Source: Nitrospirota bacterium
GTDB lineage: Bacteria; Nitrospirota; 9FT-COMBO-42-15; HDB-SIOI813
Length of the DNA stretch: 64,000 bases
Reading direction: 5' to 3'
Assembly (NCBI GenBank): GCA_020851375.1
Contig: JADZCV010000045.1
Location: 128,046-192,045 of the forward strand
The position numbers and the translations under genes are program-made. Below, one piece after another: positions 59,364 to 64,000 of the stretch; position 1 is the stretch's first letter; each line of letters begins with the position of its first letter. The notes below the pieces were generated by a model that was given only the letters and a program-made list of their open reading frames with translations, was not told the origin of the DNA and made no database searches.

Positions 59364-60087
59364 CTATGTTTTCTCCTTGCCATATTCTGCAAGTTTTGTA
59401 CTTGTTGTATCACTCAAATAATACCCGCCTGTCTTTGGACTCCCTTTAAAAATAACAAGACCGGCTGATTGCATCTTTTGCATATCCCGTCTTATTGTTA
59501 CAGGAGTAACTCCGGTTCTTTCACTTAATTTTTTTGAACGGATTCCCGGATTCTGCTCAAGAATAATTATAATCTTCGACATTCTTTCCTTTACTGTATC
59601 ATTTACTGTATCACCTACTGTATCATTTACTATGTCACTTGCTGTGCCGGCTGATACAATAAGCTTTGCAAACATACTTTCATCCAATGGAATTATTATT
59701 TTGAAATAATTGCCTTCAATAAACTGGGGCTTTTTGCCAAGGGTATAAACAGGCAGGTACTTGTTAACGTTCAACACACCTGACCCAAGCTCATCCACCC
59801 GCCCAAGCTGGGTAAAGAATTTGCAAATCAATGGGTTTTTAGAAAAAGGAGTGAAGTTGTCCAGACGAATCGGACCTTCACCATTTTGAAATATTCACCA
59901 GATTGGCTTTCAATATTTCCACCTTTGAAGCATCCACACCTTTAACAGCGCCGGTATCAGCAACACCCAATAATATATCGCCCCCATCCCTGTTCAGCAT
60001 GGCACAGATGGTTTCAAAAAGGCTCTCAGGCAGTTCCGCCCTGGCCTCTTTGACCTCCAGACGGATGTTTTCACGCTGCTTGAGCAA
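59364..60087 (-). pseudogene. Disrupted AlbA_2/HATPase_c_4/HTH-type regulator (two ORF fragments of 69 and 155 aa)
   Basis: An N-terminal AlbA_2-like fragment (ELPESLFETICAMLNRDGGDILLGV) and a C-terminal fragment with a winged HTH, separated by 46 bp. The middle of the protein is missing. An internal 12-bp tandem repeat lies at 59590-59645. Confidence 0.45.
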
Positions 60088-60272
60088 TCTTTTTTACCAG
60101 CTCTATGCTCATACCTTAACCTTCCTTTTCCTGCCTGACTCCTTTGGTTGCTGTCCGGCCCTCTCCGCCATTACCCTATCCAACAATTTCTCCGCAGCTT
60201 CCCAGGCGGGATTGGCCACATTTATCTATAAATTTACGGAAAGCATCAGATAATCACACTTCGCCAATAGTT

Positions 60273-63059
60273 TCAGTGCACATTAATAATCCCAACACAT
60301 TTAGCCCGGACATTAATCACGCCCTCATTTTCAGACCTCAAATAGGCCTCATAATTCCTGACAAGCATCTCACAGTGCTCTGTTATAGGATACTTCCGGT
60401 GGTTATCTTCTGTATCTTCCCATCTTTGTTCTTGCAGAAATGCAATGTCATCACTTATCTCTGCGCCAAAGAGAGGAAATCCCTTATAAATCTCCCTGTA
60501 CGTATTGTCACTGAACTCTACCCTGAATATATATCTTGCACACAGATTACCTGAAAGTCCTTTATATCCTGCGCTCAGGATTTCTCCTGAGACATTGTCA
60601 CTCTTGTAAAATTCAATTAATGCATTAATCAAAGGATGACCTATGCCCAATAGTTCAACCCCTTTTTTACGCGTTGCTGTCTTCCTTGTGAATGTCATAT
60701 TCTCATATCGGGCTGATACATTATTATAATTCAGCAAGACATGAGGGGTTACAATAGTCACAATATCGCCGGACGGAATAAAACTGCCGCCGAGCCGAAT
60801 GGTGGCCTTTTCACAAAAGACCCTCAAATCATCAAGAGTATATTTTCCCCTCAATTCCACATAGCTTGCAAGGTTAAATGTTGACAGGTCCTGCGTCAGC
60901 ATCCTCAATGCATCACTTGCCTCGTCCGCCTGCCTTAGTGCATCATAAATCTCCATCTCAGTCCTGTTATAATCGCTGTTTACCAGGGCCTCTTTGTAGA
61001 TATCATTGTAGTTTAACGCTGTCCCCATGAATCCGAGGACTTCTGACCTGAAATCCTCAGTAACCTCTCCTGTAACCCTGTCCACTTTCCCTATAGTTGC
61101 GGCTATTTCAAGAAGCTTTTGTTCAAGAATGGAATAAACCTTTTCTTCAATCGTCCCCTCTGCAACAAGATTATAGACCTGTGCCGTCTCCTGTTGTCCG
61201 TACCTGTGAATCCTGCCGATCCTCTGTTCAACCGCCATGGGATTCCATGGGAGATCATAATTAAACAACACCCTGCACACCTGCAGGTTTATCCCCTCGC
61301 CGCCGGCAGATGTGCTTATCAGGAATTGCGCCCCATCCTCATCCCAGAACGACTCACAGGCAGCTATCTTATCCTCCAATGCTCCGCCTTTAATCGCTGC
61401 TATCTTCCCTGCGCCATAATACTTTTCAAGTTCATCTTTCAGAAAATATAAGGTCTCAAGATATTGCGTGAATATAATCATCTTCTCATTCGTATTTTCC
61501 CGGCGTATCTGCTCTACTGCCCTGATGAGGGTATCAAACTTCCTGTCAGGCCCGTCATCAATCATTTCAATCAATTCCTTTATCTTCTGGTCCTCATTGG
61601 GGATATTTGCCTCTGCAATGATTGCATCCTCGTCCGTCTCAAGGGCATCCAGCGCCCAGTTGGTAATCTCCTCCTCAAACTGGGGACGCCTTTTAATGCG
61701 TTGCTTTAACTGAGCAATGTATGTATCCGCCTCCGTATAATCCATCTTCCCGTAACCGGCGGAAAGCAGGTCACTGACGACCTCTCTCATCAACTCCTGA
61801 TACCTCATGATCTGCATAGAGATGTCGGCCCTTGTTATCGCCCCCCTCATTCCGCTCTCAAGCGCCATCTGTTTCCTTGCATAGATGGCAATAAGCCTCC
61901 TCCTTAATGCCTGCCGGATCGCCCTTGGGCTTGAAGACATGATCTTCTGAAATGTCGCCATGACAAAACCGACAGCCCTTTCCTGTTTGGTTGTCTTCTC
62001 CTTTCCAGCTCCGGCTGCAGTATACCCCTCTCTCAGATACTCTGTCAGGTTTTCGTAAAACCTCTGTTCTTTTAAAGACAGGCTGAACTTCTGGGAATGG
62101 ACCTTCCTCTTCATAAAGATGGGATTTCCCGACGCATCAGTAACCTCCCTTTTGGTGCGCCTGAACATCACCCTGTTAAGGAGGCCCCTGTGGTCAAGCA
62201 TTGCCTCAGGATTTTCAAAGAGCTGGTCATCCAATAGCTGTACCAAAGACCAGAACTGGTATCCATCCCCCTGATGTGGTGTCGCCGACAGAAATAATAT
62301 ATCCCGTGTAATCCCCTTTATCTTCTCTGCGAGTCTGTAGTTCTGCGTGGCAGTGATCTTATTCCCATATCTCTTGCGGCTGAGGTGATGCGCCTCATCA
62401 AACACGACAGTATCCCATTTAGGGCCTTTTACGAGCCTCTCAAGGCGGGATGTTTTTTTAATCGTGTCTATAGAAACAATGACATGGTTATGCCTCTCCC
62501 ATGCGTAAGGATTGGCATCAGTGAAGTCCGACCCAAATATATCGAAGTGCATCCTGAAACAGTCCCTTAATTCGTTCTGCCAGTTCCGGGTAAGTCCCGC
62601 CGGACAGATAATGAGTATCCTCTCAGCCTCTTTTCTTGCGCTGAGCTCTCTCATAATCATCCCTGTCTCAATGGTCTTGCCAAGCCCCACCTCATCGGCA
62701 ATCAGGAATCTCCTCCTCCTTGCCTCAACTATCTTGTGGGTCAGAAGGATCTGATGCGGCAGAAGGTCTGTCTTGCTGTTTGACAGCTCCCCGCCTGAGT
62801 TTTCGAGCGGAAATTGATATGCAAGCTGTTTAAGGAAGAACTCCAGGGGATTATCAGAGATCCCCTTTTCATATCTCTGAAAGATATCGTCTACCGGTTC
62901 AAGGAAGTCCTCTGGAAATGTCTCAAGGATCCTTTTCCCGTCTTTCTCAAATACTACATCAACCTTATAGGTTCCATCCCCTTCTGAAACCCTGAACACC
63001 TCACCTGAACCAAGTTCAGGACGGTATTTGTTTCTTACCTTTGTCTTTTTGTTTAGCAT
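60273..63059 (-). CDS. rapA: SNF2-family ATPase, RapA/HepA-like (RNA polymerase-associated)
   Basis: LLPHQI...FLIADEVGLGKTIETGMI...ILIICPAGL is near-identical in pattern to E. coli RapA motif I. DEAH box VVFDEAHHL and helicase-C GRIHRYGQ are present. Length and N-terminal small beta domains are comparable to RapA. Confidence 0.6.
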   Translation of the reverse strand: MLNKKTKVRNKYRPELGSGEVFRVSEGDGTYKVDVVFEKDGKRILETFPEDFLEPVDDIFQRYEKGISDNPLEFFLKQLAYQFPLENSGGELSNSKTDLLPHQILLTHKIVEARRRRFLIADEVGLGKTIETGMIMRELSARKEAERILIICPAGLTRNWQNELRDCFRMHFDIFGSDFTDANPYAWERHNHVIVSIDTIKKTSRLERLVKGPKWDTVVFDEAHHLSRKRYGNKITATQNYRLAEKIKGITRDILFLSATPHQGDGYQFWSLVQLLDDQLFENPEAMLDHRGLLNRVMFRRTKREVTDASGNPIFMKRKVHSQKFSLSLKEQRFYENLTEYLREGYTAAGAGKEKTTKQERAVGFVMATFQKIMSSSPRAIRQALRRRLIAIYARKQMALESGMRGAITRADISMQIMRYQELMREVVSDLLSAGYGKMDYTEADTYIAQLKQRIKRRPQFEEEITNWALDALETDEDAIIAEANIPNEDQKIKELIEMIDDGPDRKFDTLIRAVEQIRRENTNEKMIIFTQYLETLYFLKDELEKYYGAGKIAAIKGGALEDKIAACESFWDEDGAQFLISTSAGGEGINLQVCRVLFNYDLPWNPMAVEQRIGRIHRYGQQETAQVYNLVAEGTIEEKVYSILEQKLLEIAATIGKVDRVTGEVTEDFRSEVLGFMGTALNYNDIYKEALVNSDYNRTEMEIYDALRQADEASDALRMLTQDLSTFNLASYVELRGKYTLDDLRVFCEKATIRLGGSFIPSGDIVTIVTPHVLLNYNNVSARYENMTFTRKTATRKKGVELLGIGHPLINALIEFYKSDNVSGEILSAGYKGLSGNLCARYIFRVEFSDNTYREIYKGFPLFGAEISDDIAFLQEQRWEDTEDNHRKYPITEHCEMLVRNYEAYLRSENEGVINVRAKCVGIINVH

Positions 63060-63089
63060 CAGCTTGCCACTGAAATCGGCCGTGTGATT

Positions 63090-63518
63090 TCAGCTTGATA
63101 GATTGTAACCTGTAAAATACCAGTCTGTCCCATTTGTGGTCTGTTTAGTGGTGTATCCGAAAATCAACTCAATATCAAGCCTTTCCCCCCGGTACTCTAT
63201 CCAAAGGGTATCACCTTTAACAAGCCTGCCATTACAAATGATCTGCACCTGAATATGTTTTCTCTGAAGCGCGGAGGCGCCTGATTGCAGGACATTATGG
63301 ATCTTCCTTGCCATTGAATGACGGTCTCCCGGGCTTGTAAGATAGAGGACGTCCTCTATGCCTGATACAATATATGAAGAAGAAGCCGGGATGTCATTCG
63401 CCTCGTTTCTTATCTCCCTGAGAAAGTCAATAAAACCTATCCTGTTTTCGTAAGGCGTTATACCTTCCGGATTGTATGGTCTGACTGAAGAACGTTCTAT
63501 AATCTCATATCCAGGCAT
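63090..63518 (-). CDS. Hypothetical protein (142 aa), upstream of the rapA-like gene
   Basis: ORF only; 30-bp spacing to the downstream gene. Confidence 0.3.
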   Translation of the reverse strand: MPGYEIIERSSVRPYNPEGITPYENRIGFIDFLREIRNEANDIPASSSYIVSGIEDVLYLTSPGDRHSMARKIHNVLQSGASALQRKHIQVQIICNGRLVKGDTLWIEYRGERLDIELIFGYTTKQTTNGTDWYFTGYNLSS

Positions 63519-63524
63519 ATGACT

Positions 63525-63830
63525 TCATTCACCTTTTTTCCCTAATCTCTTCCTTATCCATGCAGGGTTTCTGCGGCAGTCAAGAACAGCATATACAAGC
63601 GCGGTTTGATCCTCAACACGGTAATACACTGCAAATGGAAATCGCTTTGACAGCAAACGATGGTACTTCTCAAAATGCACAGAATGAATACCTGCATTTA
63701 CAACCAGCGAATCAATATCTGAAAAGAGTGTGTCTAAGAAATAAGCGCCTACTCCCTCTGACTGTTTTTCATAGAAGCGGTATCCGTCAATCAAATCCTG
63801 GATCGCTGAGGATAATATTTTGATTTTCAT
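63525..63830 (-). CDS. ParE/RelE-family type II toxin
   Basis: YRFYEKQSEGVGAYFL...FPFAVYYRVEDQTALVYAVLDCRRNP fits ParE-like toxins. Start trimmed to MKIKILSS. Confidence 0.7.
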   Translation of the reverse strand: MKIKILSSAIQDLIDGYRFYEKQSEGVGAYFLDTLFSDIDSLVVNAGIHSVHFEKYHRLLSKRFPFAVYYRVEDQTALVYAVLDCRRNPAWIRKRLGKKGE

Positions 63831-64000
63831 GAAACTTCTTTTCTTATTATCTTCTTGGCTGAATCCCATTCTGAAAAGTTTTCACTTCCATGCACAATCC
63901 CTTTTTCTCTATCCTCCAATACTTCTTTATGCCACGAGGGAGATACAATGCCTTCAGCCTTATTACATAAATCATCCCAAATTGATTCCATCACCCTGAT
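63827..64000 (-). CDS. Putative antitoxin (TIGR02574-like addiction-module component), 5'-partial at the window edge
   Basis: ESIWDDL...SPSWHKEVLEDRE pattern. Its TGA stop overlaps the toxin ATG (ATGA). Confidence 0.5.
   Translation of the reverse strand: MRVMESIWDDLCNKAEGIVSPSWHKEVLEDREKGIVHGSENFSEWDSAKKIIRKEVS

Noticed and set aside
60273-63059. A 928-aa SNF2 helicase next to hsdM and a toxin-antitoxin pair, initially considered as a DISARM/Zorya/BREX-like defence helicase
   Set aside because: Motif I, the DEAH box, the helicase-C region and the N-terminal small beta domains track E. coli RapA/HepA closely. No nuclease motif (PD-D/ExK, PLD, HNH) is visible in the C-terminal 330 aa. The adjacent methyltransferase is a plain type I HsdM. 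Called RapA-like; the defence role is not supported.

Overview
This window reads as a Nitrospirae/deltaproteobacterium-like chromosome segment. Bases 1-20.6 kb are one minus-strand flagellar biosynthesis cluster in Bacillus-type order (flgB flgC fliE fliF fliG fliH fliI fliJ ylxF-like fliK flgD flgE, then a terminator, then fliL fliM fliN fliO fliP fliQ fliR flhB flhA flhF flhG). Immediately upstream lies a regulatory module: a periplasmic TPR protein, a histidine kinase and a sigma-54 response regulator in one operon, plus a second sigma-54 regulator. Three well-spaced sigma-54 promoters of the GG-N10-GC type sit in front of the TPR operon, flgB and fliL. The rest is mostly housekeeping: fis-like and hup, ilvD, a lexA/Y-family polymerase SOS cassette, chrA with arsR, an emrAB efflux pair, a purine nucleoside phosphorylase, rodZ, mtnP, hfq-miaA-mutL, and a tolQRAB-cpoB cluster lacking pal. 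Three tRNAs are present (Thr-CGT, Asp-GTC, Val-TAC). The right end holds a decayed restriction-modification/toxin-antitoxin patch with an orphan hsdM, a DUF4160/DUF2442 pair and a ParE-like toxin, plus a RapA-like SNF2 ATPase. Two points are the most unusual. First, there are two families of intergenic hairpin repeat elements. One shows compensatory stem covariation and abuts tRNA 5' ends. The other is an ATTCCC-N8-GGGAAT hairpin mosaic that supplies the lexA ribosome-binding site and start codon and creates several phantom ORFs. Second, a higher-GC gene-remnant island sits at the 3' end of tRNA-Thr. All calls are made from sequence reading and recalled family signatures; no searches were run.
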